Source of the DNA: Clostridia bacterium
Lineage (GTDB): Bacteria; Bacillota; Clostridia; UBA1212; UBA1255
DNA: 64,000 nt
Assembly: GCA_046952735.1 (NCBI GenBank)
Contig: JBKUJR010000009.1
Span: 4,747-68,746, forward strand
Direction of reading: 5' to 3'
Shown: positions 15,173 to 24,511 of the stretch, piece after piece
Numbering within the stretch: position 1 is the first letter of the stretch
Layout of the letters: each line of letters begins with the position of its first letter
Made by a program: the position numbers and the translations under genes
Notes under the pieces: generated by a model
Told to the model about the DNA's origin: nothing
Database searches by the model: none
The model's input: the letters and a program-made list of their open reading frames with translations, nothing else

Positions 15173-17440
15173 ATGAAAAAGTACACGAAGGTAATCGCGC
15201 TCGTATTGTCCTGCGCGATGGCGGTCGGTCTGCTGTCAGGCTGCAAGAAGAAAAAATCCATCGTCGGTATGGTAAACGGCGTCGTAATCCCGGATGGATT
15301 ATTTATCAATAATTTTGCCACAAAGGTTTATGAAGCGGAGTCCGCCGGGGATACGGATATCGATTTCGAGCTGAAGGGCGAAGAATTATATAACGCGGTC
15401 AAAGATGCAAAAAAGGATGGAAAGTCGTATTTTGATCTTTTTGTAGACGAAGCGCTGGAAAATTCCAGAAAATTCATGATACAATATCAGATTTATTCCG
15501 GGAAAGAGGGATGGCCTTCCGAGTCGGAGATCGCAGATCTCAAAAAATCGGCGGAGTCCTATATCTCACAGATGCTTACTTATTACGGCTCGTCCATGGG
15601 CGCCTCCACCGTACAGGATCTGGCGAAGAAAGCTTATAGTATGACGTATGACGATCTGATCGAATATTTTACCATGTCGAGCACGCTGGAAAAATATAAA
15701 GCGTCGCTTCAGGAGAAAATCACGCCTTCCGACGATGAATTGGCGGAATTTTACGCGGCGCATGAAAGCGACTATCGAACGGTGAAAGTCCGGCATTCGC
15801 TGATCAGCACCGAAGATATGGACGACGCGGAAAAAGAGGAAGCATATCAAAAAGCGCAGGAGCTCGTAACGCAATATAAAGAGGGCAAGATCACTTTTGA
15901 AGATATTTTGAAAGAATCGGACGATGTAAACAGCAATACGGGCGAGGTAAATAACGACGGATATTATTCCGTAAAGAAAGATTCCGGTCTGGTACAGGCA
16001 TTCAAGGATTGGGCGCTGGCGCGGACGGAAGCATCGGACGAGGTTGAAATTGTCGAGACAGAGTACGGATATCATATCATGCAGTGTACGGAAATTCTCG
16101 ATATCACGGACGATACCGTGAAGGAATCTGTGGAGTCGGCGTACAAGGTAGAACTTGTCGATCAGCAGATCGAAGAAGAAACGGCGCCTTATCTGGATCA
16201 GAAAGAGTATCAAATCAAAAAACTCGATGAGAAATACGTCGATAAGATCGCAAAGCGTACCTTCACAGGAGATTTTTCCGATGTGGAGGAGGCAACTCCG
16301 ACCGCGGCCGTATCCGCAGAGCCTACGCAGAAGCCGGAATACAACGATGCGGCGGCGGATACGACGGAAATCGCAAAATACCGGGGAAATCCCGTCCTGA
16401 AGGTCTATTACGTACAATTCTTTTCCCAGGCGATGAACGAGATCCTGGGAGACTACGATTTTTCCGCAGCCGGGGATTCCGAAGAAAAATTTTATGAAAT
16501 TCTGAACGAGGCTGTCCAGAAAGAGTATAAAGACGGCAAGACCTATCTGGAATATGCGAAAGAATACGGTCTGGAACTTCTTACGAATTTCCTTGCAACG
16601 AAAGATATGGCGGCCGAAGCGGGAAAAACGCTTTCGGATGAAGATAAAGCAAAGGAACTGGAAGAACTCGATACGCAGATCGATTCCATGCTGCAATATT
16701 ACGGCACTTCTTACGGCGTATCGACGCGGGACGAACTCATCCAAAAGCTGGTCAGCGTCAATGTGAATGATTATAAAGCTATTTATGCAGACCAGATGCT
16801 TGTTTCTGAGTATGCAAACGGCGTCATAGAAGAGATGAAGCCGGAAGAAAGCGATTTGAAAGCGTTTTATGAGAAAAATCCGGACGATTACAGAATCGTG
16901 ACGATCCGGCACATTTCTAAAAGCCTTCTCGACGAAGACGGCAATGCGCTGCCGGAGGAAGAGCAGAAAAATGTGTTGAAACTGATGGAAACCTTAAAGA
17001 CGAAACTGGAAAACGGCGATTCTGTGGAAGCCCTCGTGACGGGCTATTCCGATGCGTCGGACGTCTCGTCCTCCAAAGGACTTCTGGACCTGAAAAAGGC
17101 TTCTGCGGCTGCAAAAAAAGAGGTAATCGACTGGGCGTTTTCCCAGACGGAGACCGGCGCGGTTTCGATCCTCAAAACGGATTCCGCTTATGAGCTCGTG
17201 ATCATCGAAGGACTGACGGACTATACGTCGTCTGCCGGAACGGTTGCGAACAGCACGAATACGAGCACGAAAGCTGTTGTAACCGCGGTTACGACGGCCT
17301 ACAAGAATGAGGCGTTTGAAGAAAGCGTCAAAAAATATATTGCGGATAACGATATCGCGCTTACGGATGTGAAAAACGACGTGATCGAAGCCGTCGCAAA
17401 AGACTTTCTGTCCTATAAAGCAAGCGGAACGGAAAAATAA
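15173..17440 (+). CDS. PrsA/SurA-like peptidyl-prolyl isomerase lipoprotein with an internally duplicated module (two parvulin domains)
   Basis: Lipobox LLSGC. Parvulin 1 is VKVRHSLIS...YGYHIMQC. Parvulin 2 is VTIRHISKS...SAYELVIIEG. Duplicated flanks are SQMLTYYGSSMGASTVQDL and DSMLQYYGTSYGVSTRDEL. Confidence 0.8.
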   Translation: MKKYTKVIALVLSCAMAVGLLSGCKKKKSIVGMVNGVVIPDGLFINNFATKVYEAESAGDTDIDFELKGEELYNAVKDAKKDGKSYFDLFVDEALENSRKFMIQYQIYSGKEGWPSESEIADLKKSAESYISQMLTYYGSSMGASTVQDLAKKAYSMTYDDLIEYFTMSSTLEKYKASLQEKITPSDDELAEFYAAHESDYRTVKVRHSLISTEDMDDAEKEEAYQKAQELVTQYKEGKITFEDILKESDDVNSNTGEVNNDGYYSVKKDSGLVQAFKDWALARTEASDEVEIVETEYGYHIMQCTEILDITDDTVKESVESAYKVELVDQQIEEETAPYLDQKEYQIKKLDEKYVDKIAKRTFTGDFSDVEEATPTAAVSAEPTQKPEYNDAAADTTEIAKYRGNPVLKVYYVQFFSQAMNEILGDYDFSAAGDSEEKFYEILNEAVQKEYKDGKTYLEYAKEYGLELLTNFLATKDMAAEAGKTLSDEDKAKELEELDTQIDSMLQYYGTSYGVSTRDELIQKLVSVNVNDYKAIYADQMLVSEYANGVIEEMKPEESDLKAFYEKNPDDYRIVTIRHISKSLLDEDGNALPEEEQKNVLKLMETLKTKLENGDSVEALVTGYSDASDVSSSKGLLDLKKASAAAKKEVIDWAFSQTETGAVSILKTDSAYELVIIEGLTDYTSSAGTVANSTNTSTKAVVTAVTTAYKNEAFEESVKKYIADNDIALTDVKNDVIEAVAKDFLSYKASGTEK

Positions 17441-17467
17441 AGAATTTTATCAGGAGGAAAGCGTATT

Positions 17468-18607
17468 ATGATCAAGCTTACGCCGCCTATGGGGTGGAAT
17501 TCATGGAATACGTTCGGCGCAGAGATCCATGAGGCGCTGATCCGGGAAATTGCGGATACGATGGTAACGACAGGGCTCCGGGAAGCCGGTTATGAATATG
17601 TCGTGCTCGACGATGCCTGGGCGGAATGGGAGCGCGGCCCGGACGGCAGGTTGCAGGCGAACCGGGAGAAATTCCCCTCCGGGATGAAAGCGCTTGCGGA
17701 GGATCTCCATGCAAAAGGACTGAAATTCGGCTTGTATTCTTCCTCCGGCCACAGAACCTGCCTGGGGAATGCGGCGAGCTATGACTATGAGTTTGAGGAT
17801 GCGGAAATGTTCGCTGCGTGGGGCGTAGACTTTCTGAAATATGATTTCTGTCACAGGCCGGAAACGCCGAGCGCCGCGTATACATACCGTAAAATGGGCG
17901 CCGCGCTTGCAAATTCCGGCAGGGATATTTTATTCAGCGCCTGCAGCTGGGGTATGGAGGAAACGCATCAATGGATCAAAACGACGGGCGCTTCCATGTG
18001 GCGTTCTACGGGGGATATCAACGATTCGTGGGAGAGCATTAAAGATGTTGCGGCGGCGCAGATTGCATTACAGCCCTATAACGGGGTCGGCTGTTTCAAC
18101 GATATGGATATGCTCGTGGTCGGGATGAACGGCAGCGGCAATGTCGGCTTAAACGGCTGCAGCTATGAAGAATACAAAACCCATTTTTCCCTCTGGGCAT
18201 TTTTGAATTCTCCGCTTATGATCGGCTGCGATGTGCGGAGCATGTCGGAAGAAACCAAAACGATCCTGATGAACCGGGAGATCATTGCAATCAACCAGGA
18301 TCCCGCAGGCCGCCAGCCGTACCTCGTGGGAGGCGTCCATTCCATGTTCGGGACAAAAACATATTGCTGGGTCAAATTATTGAACAACGGCGATTTTGCC
18401 GTAGGACTGTTCAATCTGGAAGACGTGCCGTCCCATTTGTCTTTCTCGGCGGTGGATATCGGCCTTTCGCGTGTTTCCGGGAAAAAACTCCGGCTGACCG
18501 ACCTCTGGACGGGAGAGCCCGTCATGCTGCTGGGCGGAATCGAAGTCAGCGAAATATTGCAGCCGCACTGCTGTAAAGTCATGCGGGGCAGCATCGCCGG
18601 CGCATGA
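17468..18607 (+). CDS. GH27 alpha-galactosidase (cytoplasmic, no signal peptide)
   Basis: LTPPMGWNSWNTFG, GYEYVVLDDAW and DFLKYDFC motifs characteristic of GH27 melibiases. Confidence 0.85.
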   Translation: MIKLTPPMGWNSWNTFGAEIHEALIREIADTMVTTGLREAGYEYVVLDDAWAEWERGPDGRLQANREKFPSGMKALAEDLHAKGLKFGLYSSSGHRTCLGNAASYDYEFEDAEMFAAWGVDFLKYDFCHRPETPSAAYTYRKMGAALANSGRDILFSACSWGMEETHQWIKTTGASMWRSTGDINDSWESIKDVAAAQIALQPYNGVGCFNDMDMLVVGMNGSGNVGLNGCSYEEYKTHFSLWAFLNSPLMIGCDVRSMSEETKTILMNREIIAINQDPAGRQPYLVGGVHSMFGTKTYCWVKLLNNGDFAVGLFNLEDVPSHLSFSAVDIGLSRVSGKKLRLTDLWTGEPVMLLGGIEVSEILQPHCCKVMRGSIAGA

Positions 18608-18798
18608 TATGCAGGAATTGTTTTAAAAATCTGTCGGCGGACGAAATCGCAATTTACAGGCGTCTCATACATAGAGGCGCCCAAACCTTTTTATGCCGGG
18701 AATGCCTGGCGGAAAAACTTGGATGCGGCGTAGAGAAAATAGACGAAAAAATCGCGCATTTTAAAGAAATCGGATGTACCCTATTCATCAAAAATTAA
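18604..18798 (+). CDS. Small four-Cys (CxxC...CxxC) zinc-ribbon-like protein, translationally coupled to the alpha-galactosidase gene
   Basis: 64 aa, MICRNCFKNL...FLCRECLAEKLGC. The ATGA start/stop overlap with the upstream gene is 4 nt. Confidence 0.55.
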   Translation: MICRNCFKNLSADEIAIYRRLIHRGAQTFLCRECLAEKLGCGVEKIDEKIAHFKEIGCTLFIKN

Positions 18799-18808
18799 TC
18801 CTCCTTTA

Positions 18809-18837
18809 TTGACAATTCGTTCCGTATATGGGATAAT
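18809..18837 (+). promoter_or_regulatory. Promoter TTGACA-17-GATAAT in front of the 13-gene redox operon
   Basis: TTGACA at 18809-18814, a 17-nt spacer, GATAAT at 18832-18837. Confidence 0.6.
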
Positions 18838-18859
18838 CAATCAGTGTGCGCAGACGCTT

Positions 18860-18873
18860 TTCCATATGTGGAA
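18860..18873. promoter_or_regulatory. Perfect 14-bp palindrome TTCCATATGTGGAA in the operon leader (candidate operator)
   Basis: Read directly. It lies about 23 nt downstream of the -10 element. Confidence 0.3.
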
Positions 18874-18926
18874 AATGCTGGAAAAAACGTTGCGGCGCGA
18901 TTAAAAATGAAGAAAAGAGGATGTAT

Positions 18927-19877
18927 ATGAGCAATAAGGTAACAATTATCGGAGCAGGCAGCGTCGGCTCGACAATCGCCTATACTATGACCGTAAAGGG
19001 AATTGCTTCTGAAATCGTACTCATTGACATTAACGAAGAGAAGGCGCTCGGAGAAGCGATGGATATTAAACAAGGCACTCCTTTCTGCTGTCCGGTAACC
19101 GTTTATTCCGGAACCTATGAAGACGCGAAGGGATCCGATATCGTGATCATATCCTCGGGACTTCCGAGAAAACCCGGTCAGTCCCGGCTCGACCTTGCTC
19201 AAACAAATGTCAACATTATCAAACAGATCGCGCCGGAGATCGCAAAGCATGCGCCGGAAGCGCTTTATATCATCGTCAGCAATCCTGTGGACATATTGAC
19301 ATACGCATTCATGAAATATTCTGGACTGCCGGAAAGCAAAATCGTCGGTTCGGGAACGATCCTGGATACGGCGCGCCTGCGCTATTATCTGTCCGATTAT
19401 TTTGGAGTCAGCCAGAAAAATATACACGCTTACGTCATGGGCGAGCACGGGGATTCCTCCTTTATTCCCTGGTCCCTGGCAAAAGTTGCGGCGGTAGGAA
19501 TCGAAGATTATTGCAAGGGCGTCAAATACAGCGGCAAAAACACGATGAACCCTCCCAACTACAACGAAGTCATCGACTATGTGAGAACTTCGGGAGGCAA
19601 GATCATCAAATACAAACAAGCGACGTATTACGCCGTTTCCGTATCGGTGAGCAGCGTCTGCGAATCGCTGTTTTCCGGAAAAGATACGATCATGACGCTT
19701 TCTTCGATGATGCACGGAGAGTACGGTCTCAGCGACGTATGCCTGAGCCATCTGTTCGTCGTTGGAATCGACGGCGTGAAAGGCTGCGTAACGCCTACGC
19801 TCACGGATGAAGAAGTCGCGCTGATGCATAAGAGCGGGAACGTCCTGAAAGAATTGATCGCCGGCCTTCAGTTTTAA
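18927..19877 (+). CDS. L-lactate/malate dehydrogenase family enzyme. It has an LDH-type backbone with Arg at the substrate-specificity position, so it is probably a malate dehydrogenase
   Basis: Trimmed to MSNKVTIIGAGSVGS (RBS AAAAGAGG). Aligns with Bacillus LDH throughout (NPVDILTY, GSGTILDTARLR, GEHGDS). The loop reads SGLPRKPGQSRLDL versus AGANQKPGETRLDL in LDH. Confidence 0.85.
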   Translation: MSNKVTIIGAGSVGSTIAYTMTVKGIASEIVLIDINEEKALGEAMDIKQGTPFCCPVTVYSGTYEDAKGSDIVIISSGLPRKPGQSRLDLAQTNVNIIKQIAPEIAKHAPEALYIIVSNPVDILTYAFMKYSGLPESKIVGSGTILDTARLRYYLSDYFGVSQKNIHAYVMGEHGDSSFIPWSLAKVAAVGIEDYCKGVKYSGKNTMNPPNYNEVIDYVRTSGGKIIKYKQATYYAVSVSVSSVCESLFSGKDTIMTLSSMMHGEYGLSDVCLSHLFVVGIDGVKGCVTPTLTDEEVALMHKSGNVLKELIAGLQF

Positions 19878-19910
19878 TACAAGCGTGTAATTTCAAAGGA
19901 GGAAACGAAA

Positions 19911-21275
19911 ATGGAATACCGTATCGAACGCGATTCGATGGGAGAGATGCAGGTACCTGCAGACCGCTATTGGGCGGCACAGACGCAGCGAAGCTACCAG
20001 AATTTCAAAATCGGGGGCGAAATCATGCCCCGGGAAATCACGCATGCTTTCGGAATCCTGAAGAAAGCAGCGGCAATTGCAAATTTCAATCTTGGAAAAC
20101 TGGAAGAAGAAAAGAAAAATATCATTATACAAGCATGTGATGAAGTAATCGCAGGAAAGCTCAACGACCATTTTCCGCTCGTCGTCTGGCAGACGGGAAG
20201 CGGAACGCAGTCGAATATGAATGCAAACGAAGTGATTGCAAACAGGGGGAATGAGCTTTGCGGGGCAAAATTGCTGCATCCCAACGATCACATCAATATG
20301 TCGCAGAGCTCCAACGATACGTTCCCCACAGCAATGCATATCGCGGCCGTCATCGGAATCGAGGACCAATTGTTCCCCGCGATGGACACGCTGATTGAAA
20401 CGCTGAAACGCCTTGAAAGCGAAAACGACGATATTGTCAAAAGCGGAAGAACCCATCTCCAGGACGCGACGCCGATCAAATTTTCCCAGGAAATCAGCGG
20501 TTGGAGAAATATGATCGAAAAGACGAAAGGTATGCTCGAGGCTGCGCTTCCGGGCCTCAAAGAACTGGCCCTGGGGGGCACCGCCGTCGGCACCGGACTC
20601 AACGCGCCGAAGCAATTCGGGCCGGAAGTCGCCAAGGTAGTCAGCGAGCTGACGGGAAAGAACTTTGTCTCTGCCGCCAATAAATTTCACGCGCTTACTG
20701 CGAAGGACGAACTCGTATTTGCGCACGGCGCGCTGAAGGCGCTCGCAGCAGACCTGATGAAAATCGCAAACGATGTGCGCTGGCTTGCAAGCGGCCCGCG
20801 CTGCGGCCTTGGCGAGATCCATATTCCGGAGAACGAGCCGGGAAGCTCCATTATGCCGGGTAAGGTCAACCCTACCCAGTGCGAATCCATGACCATGGTT
20901 GCCGTCCAGGTCATCGCAAACGACGTGGCGGTAGGAATGGCCGCTTCACAGGGAAACTTTGAGCTGAATGTATTCATGCCGGTATGCATTTACAACTTCC
21001 TCCAGTCCGTACGCCTGCTGGCGGATGGAATTCGTTCCTTCAACGATAATTGCGTAGCAGGTATCACGGCGAATCGGGAGAAAATGAAGCACAACCTGTA
21101 TAATTCTCTGATGCTCGTAACGGCGCTGAATCCTTATATCGGATACGATAATGCAGCAAAAACCGCTAAAAAAGCGTATAAAGAGAATATTTCACTGAAA
21201 GAAGCGTGCGTGCAGCTCGGCTTCCTGACTGCCGAAAAATTCGACGAAGTGTTCAAGCCGGAGCAAATGGTATAA
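19911..21275 (+). CDS. fumC: Class II fumarate hydratase
   Basis: 454 aa. [15 protein letters not shown] signature, SSNDTFPTA and [11 protein letters not shown]-like motifs. Confidence 0.92.
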   Translation: MEYRIERDSMGEMQVPADRYWAAQTQRSYQNFKIGGEIMPREITHAFGILKKAAAIANFNLGKLEEEKKNIIIQACDEVIAGKLNDHFPLVVWQTGSGTQSNMNANEVIANRGNELCGAKLLHPNDHINMSQSSNDTFPTAMHIAAVIGIEDQLFPAMDTLIETLKRLESENDDIVKSGRTHLQDATPIKFSQEISGWRNMIEKTKGMLEAALPGLKELALGGTAVGTGLNAPKQFGPEVAKVVSELTGKNFVSAANKFHALTAKDELVFAHGALKALAADLMKIANDVRWLASGPRCGLGEIHIPENEPGSSIMPGKVNPTQCESMTMVAVQVIANDVAVGMAASQGNFELNVFMPVCIYNFLQSVRLLADGIRSFNDNCVAGITANREKMKHNLYNSLMLVTALNPYIGYDNAAKTAKKAYKENISLKEACVQLGFLTAEKFDEVFKPEQMV

Positions 21276-21309
21276 AAGCCAAAAAACACAAACTGAAAGG
21301 AAAATGAAT

Positions 21310-22095
21310 ATGACTTACAGTTATTATCCTGGTTGCACATTAAAAACAAAAGCAAAAGACCTGGACCGGTACGCGAGAGCCTCAGCAGAGGCTCTTGGCG
21401 TTACGCTGGAAGAAATAGAGGATTGGCAGTGCTGCGGCGCGGTATACCCCCTGGCACAGGATGAAATCGCGACGAAGCTTTCCGCCGTGCGGGCGCTGGA
21501 CAGCGCAAAACGCCAGGGAAGGGATTTATTGACATTGTGTTCCGCCTGCCATCATGTTATAAAAAGAGTGAACGGCGATATGCTTACCAATGACGATATC
21601 CGCATGAAAGTCAATAATTATTTAAAATTAGACACGGATTACGTCGGGGAAACGAAAGTCGTTCATTATCTCGAAATGCTGAGAGATACGATAGGCTTCG
21701 ACAAAATCCGGGCGGCTGTCAAAAATCCCCTCAAAGGAAGGAAGATTGCGGCCTATTACGGCTGCCTGCTTTTACGCCCGGCGAATGTCATGCAGTTCGA
21801 CAATCCGGAAAATCCTTCGATCTTGGAGGATTTTATTCGTGCGATCGGCGCCGAGCCGGTTCTCACGCCGTACCGGAACGAATGCTGCGGCGGATATGTC
21901 GCGCTGGAAGACCGCTCCATTCCGGTAAAACGCTGCAACATGATCATGGAGTCGGCGTATGCGAAAGGCGCGGATACGGTCATAACGGCATGTCCTCTGT
22001 GCATGTACAATCTGGATGCCAACTGCACCGCAGAGAAAAGACCTGAAGTCCGTTATTTTACGGAATTGCTTGCCGAAGCGCTCGGCGTAAAATAA
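21310..22095 (+). CDS. hdrB: Heterodisulfide reductase subunit B-like protein (two CCG domains)
   Basis: YYPGC...QCCGAVY...LCSACHH and YYGCLLLRP...ECCGGY...ACPLCMYN. The second ATG (21310) has better RBS spacing than the track start at 21304. Confidence 0.85.
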   Translation: MTYSYYPGCTLKTKAKDLDRYARASAEALGVTLEEIEDWQCCGAVYPLAQDEIATKLSAVRALDSAKRQGRDLLTLCSACHHVIKRVNGDMLTNDDIRMKVNNYLKLDTDYVGETKVVHYLEMLRDTIGFDKIRAAVKNPLKGRKIAAYYGCLLLRPANVMQFDNPENPSILEDFIRAIGAEPVLTPYRNECCGGYVALEDRSIPVKRCNMIMESAYAKGADTVITACPLCMYNLDANCTAEKRPEVRYFTELLAEALGVK

Positions 22096-22107
22096 GGAGG
22101 GTTATTT

Positions 22108-22500
22108 GTGACGGAAAACGAAAGGGAATTGGCGGAACGCGTGATTCGGATCAGCGGCGTAAATACGAGGAAATGTATGAAATGCGGCAAATGTTCCGGA
22201 ACGTGTCCTTCCTATAATGAAATGGAATATCATCCGCATCAGTTCGTGGCTATGGTCGAAAAGGGCCAGATCCGGAAACTGATGGAATCCAAGTCGATCT
22301 GGACGTGCCTATCCTGCTTTGCGTGCATCGAACGGTGTCCGAGAAGCGTCGAGCCCGCAAAACTGATAGAGGCGGTACGTCTCTGCGTGATCAGGCAGCA
22401 GGGAGAGAACCATCTCAAGGCGAACCAGGTGCCCGCGCTGCTCGATGAAAACATCCCGCAGCAGGCGATCGTGAGCGCGTTCAGGAAATACAGTAAATAA
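22108..22500 (+). CDS. hdrC: Heterodisulfide reductase subunit C-like 2x[4Fe-4S] protein
   Basis: GTG start 6 nt after AGGAGGG. CMKCGKCSGTCP and CLSCFACIERCP motifs. Confidence 0.8.
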   Translation: MTENERELAERVIRISGVNTRKCMKCGKCSGTCPSYNEMEYHPHQFVAMVEKGQIRKLMESKSIWTCLSCFACIERCPRSVEPAKLIEAVRLCVIRQQGENHLKANQVPALLDENIPQQAIVSAFRKYSK

Positions 22501-22510
22501 GCGGCAAAGA

Positions 22511-24511
22511 TTGGAAGTGAGTAAATTGCAAAAAATCGGAGTATTTGTTTGTTGGTGCGGCAGCAATATTGCCGGCACCGTAGATGTAGAAAAAGTAGCG
22601 CAGAGCGTCGCCGGAGAACCGGGCGTAGTCGTATCGACAGACTACCAGTATATGTGCTCGGAGGGCGGCCAGTCCAGAATCCGGCAGGCCATCCGGGATT
22701 ACGGGCTTACGGGAATCGTGGTCTGTTCCTGTTCGCCGCGGATGCATGAAGCGACGTTCCGGAAAACGGCGCAGGCCGCCGGGCTGAACCCCTATATGGT
22801 GGAAATCGCCAACATCCGGGAACAGTGTTCCTGGATTCATAAAGATAAAGACGAAGGTACCGAAAAGGCAATTATTCTGGCGAAGGCGGCTGTTGCGAAA
22901 CTGAATTTGAATCAGCCTCTGACGGCAGGAGAAAGCAAAGTGACGAAACGTGCGCTTGTCATCGGGGGCGGTATCGCCGGGATCCAGACGGCGCTCGACA
23001 TCGCCGACGCCGGATACGAAGTGGATATCGTAGAGAAATCTCCTACGATCGGCGGAAAAATGGCCCAGCTCGATAAAACGTTTCCGACATTGGACTGTGC
23101 GGCTTGTATCCTGACGCCGAAAATGGTGGACGCCGCTGCAAACGACAAAATCAACCTGTTTACATACAGCGAAGTGGAAAGCGTAGCGGGATTTGTCGGG
23201 AACTTCACGGTAAAAATAAAGAAAAAGCCGCGGTATATCAATTCGGAGCTTTGCAGCGGGTGCGGCGTATGTACGGAGAAATGCCCTTCCCGCAAGGCGC
23301 CCAACGAATTCAACATGGGGCTCAATCATAGAGGAGCGGTCTATATTCCTTTTGCACAGGCGATTCCGAACGTACCTGTGATCGATCCGGAATACTGTAT
23401 CAAATTAAAAACGGGAAAATGCGGCCTCTGCGAGAAAAATTGTACGGCAAAAGCTATCGATTTTACGCAGAAAGAAGAAATCGTAGAACGCGAGTACGGC
23501 GCAATCGTGGCCGCGACAGGATATAAACCGATTTCTCTCGAAAACTTCGAGGAATTCGGATATGCCCAGAATAAAGACGTCATTACGTCGCTGGAACTTG
23601 AGCGCCTGATGAATGCGGCCGGACCTACGAAAGGCGTGTTGCTGCGTCCTTCGGATCAGGCACACCCGCATGAGATCGTATTCATACAATGCGTGGGGTC
23701 CCGGGACGTTTCCGGCTGCGGCAAACCGTATTGCTCCAAAATCTGCTGTATGTATACGGCAAAGCATGCGATGCTGATCCGGGATAAATATCCGGATACG
23801 AAGGTCCATGTATTTTACATAGACGTCCGGACGCCCGGAAAGAATTTCGATGAATTTTACAGGCGCGCGGTAGAGGAATACGGCGTGGATTATATAAAAG
23901 GCATGGTCGGAAAAGTCGCCGAAAAGGACGGAAAATTGCTTGTGCAGGGTTCTGACCTCATTGCGAACGAGCAAATCCTGATCGAGGCGGATCTGGTGGT
24001 TCTGGCAACGGCGATCGAGCCGGATCCGAGCGTTAAGAATTTGGCTACGATGCTGACGGCAAGTATCGATACGAACAATTTCCTGACGGAAGCGCATCCG
24101 AAGCTGCGTCCTGTGGAAAGCCCGACAGCCGGCGTTTTCCTTTCCGGCGTATGCCAGGGGCCGAAGGACATTCCGGAGACCGTAGCGCAGGCGAGCGCGG
24201 CGGCGGCAAAAGTCATCGGCTTGCTTGCGAAAGATAAGCTGACGTGCAATCCCTGTGTCGCCGGCTCCGACGAGCTTCTCTGCAATGGCTGCTCGCAGTG
24301 CGCAAACGTGTGTCCGTACGGCGCGATCGACTATATCGATAAAGAAGTCAACGACCATGGCAGACGGGAAGTCCGCAGTGTTGCAACAGTCCACGAGGCG
24401 ATCTGCCAGGGCTGCTGCGCATGTACCGTAACGTGCCCTTCCGGAGCGATGGACCTGAAAGGCTTTACGACAAGACAAATTATGGCGGAGGTTGATGCAA
24501 TATGCAGATAG
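22511..24511 (+). CDS. hdrA: Heterodisulfide reductase subunit A-like FAD/Fe-S flavoprotein
   Basis: VIGGGIAGIQTAL FAD fold. HdrA hallmark FIQCVGSRDVSGCGKPYCSKICCMY. Ferredoxin inserts CSGCGVCTEKCP/CGLCEKNC and CNGCSQCANVCP/CQGCCACTVTCP. Non-ATG start, TTG at 22511 or 22526. Confidence 0.88.
   Translation: MEVSKLQKIGVFVCWCGSNIAGTVDVEKVAQSVAGEPGVVVSTDYQYMCSEGGQSRIRQAIRDYGLTGIVVCSCSPRMHEATFRKTAQAAGLNPYMVEIANIREQCSWIHKDKDEGTEKAIILAKAAVAKLNLNQPLTAGESKVTKRALVIGGGIAGIQTALDIADAGYEVDIVEKSPTIGGKMAQLDKTFPTLDCAACILTPKMVDAAANDKINLFTYSEVESVAGFVGNFTVKIKKKPRYINSELCSGCGVCTEKCPSRKAPNEFNMGLNHRGAVYIPFAQAIPNVPVIDPEYCIKLKTGKCGLCEKNCTAKAIDFTQKEEIVEREYGAIVAATGYKPISLENFEEFGYAQNKDVITSLELERLMNAAGPTKGVLLRPSDQAHPHEIVFIQCVGSRDVSGCGKPYCSKICCMYTAKHAMLIRDKYPDTKVHVFYIDVRTPGKNFDEFYRRAVEEYGVDYIKGMVGKVAEKDGKLLVQGSDLIANEQILIEADLVVLATAIEPDPSVKNLATMLTASIDTNNFLTEAHPKLRPVESPTAGVFLSGVCQGPKDIPETVAQASAAAAKVIGLLAKDKLTCNPCVAGSDELLCNGCSQCANVCPYGAIDYIDKEVNDHGRREVRSVATVHEAICQGCCACTVTCPSGAMDLKGFTTRQIMAEVDAICR

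Noticed and set aside
15566-16912. 448-aa minus-strand ORF inside the PrsA-like gene
   Set aside because: It is an antisense shadow of a Glu/Lys/Asp-rich coding region, which gives a Phe/Leu/Ile/Arg-rich reverse frame. It has no start context.
18927-19877. Plain annotation of this gene as L-lactate dehydrogenase
   Set aside because: The backbone is LDH-like, but the specificity residue is Arg rather than Gln and the genomic context is the fumarate pathway. I report it as a probable malate dehydrogenase, with the caveat that only an enzyme assay can decide.
18837-20822. 330-aa and 309-aa minus-strand ORFs opposite the mdh-like gene and fumC
   Set aside because: The plus-strand products align to well-known enzymes over their full length. 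The antisense ORFs have no motifs or RBS.
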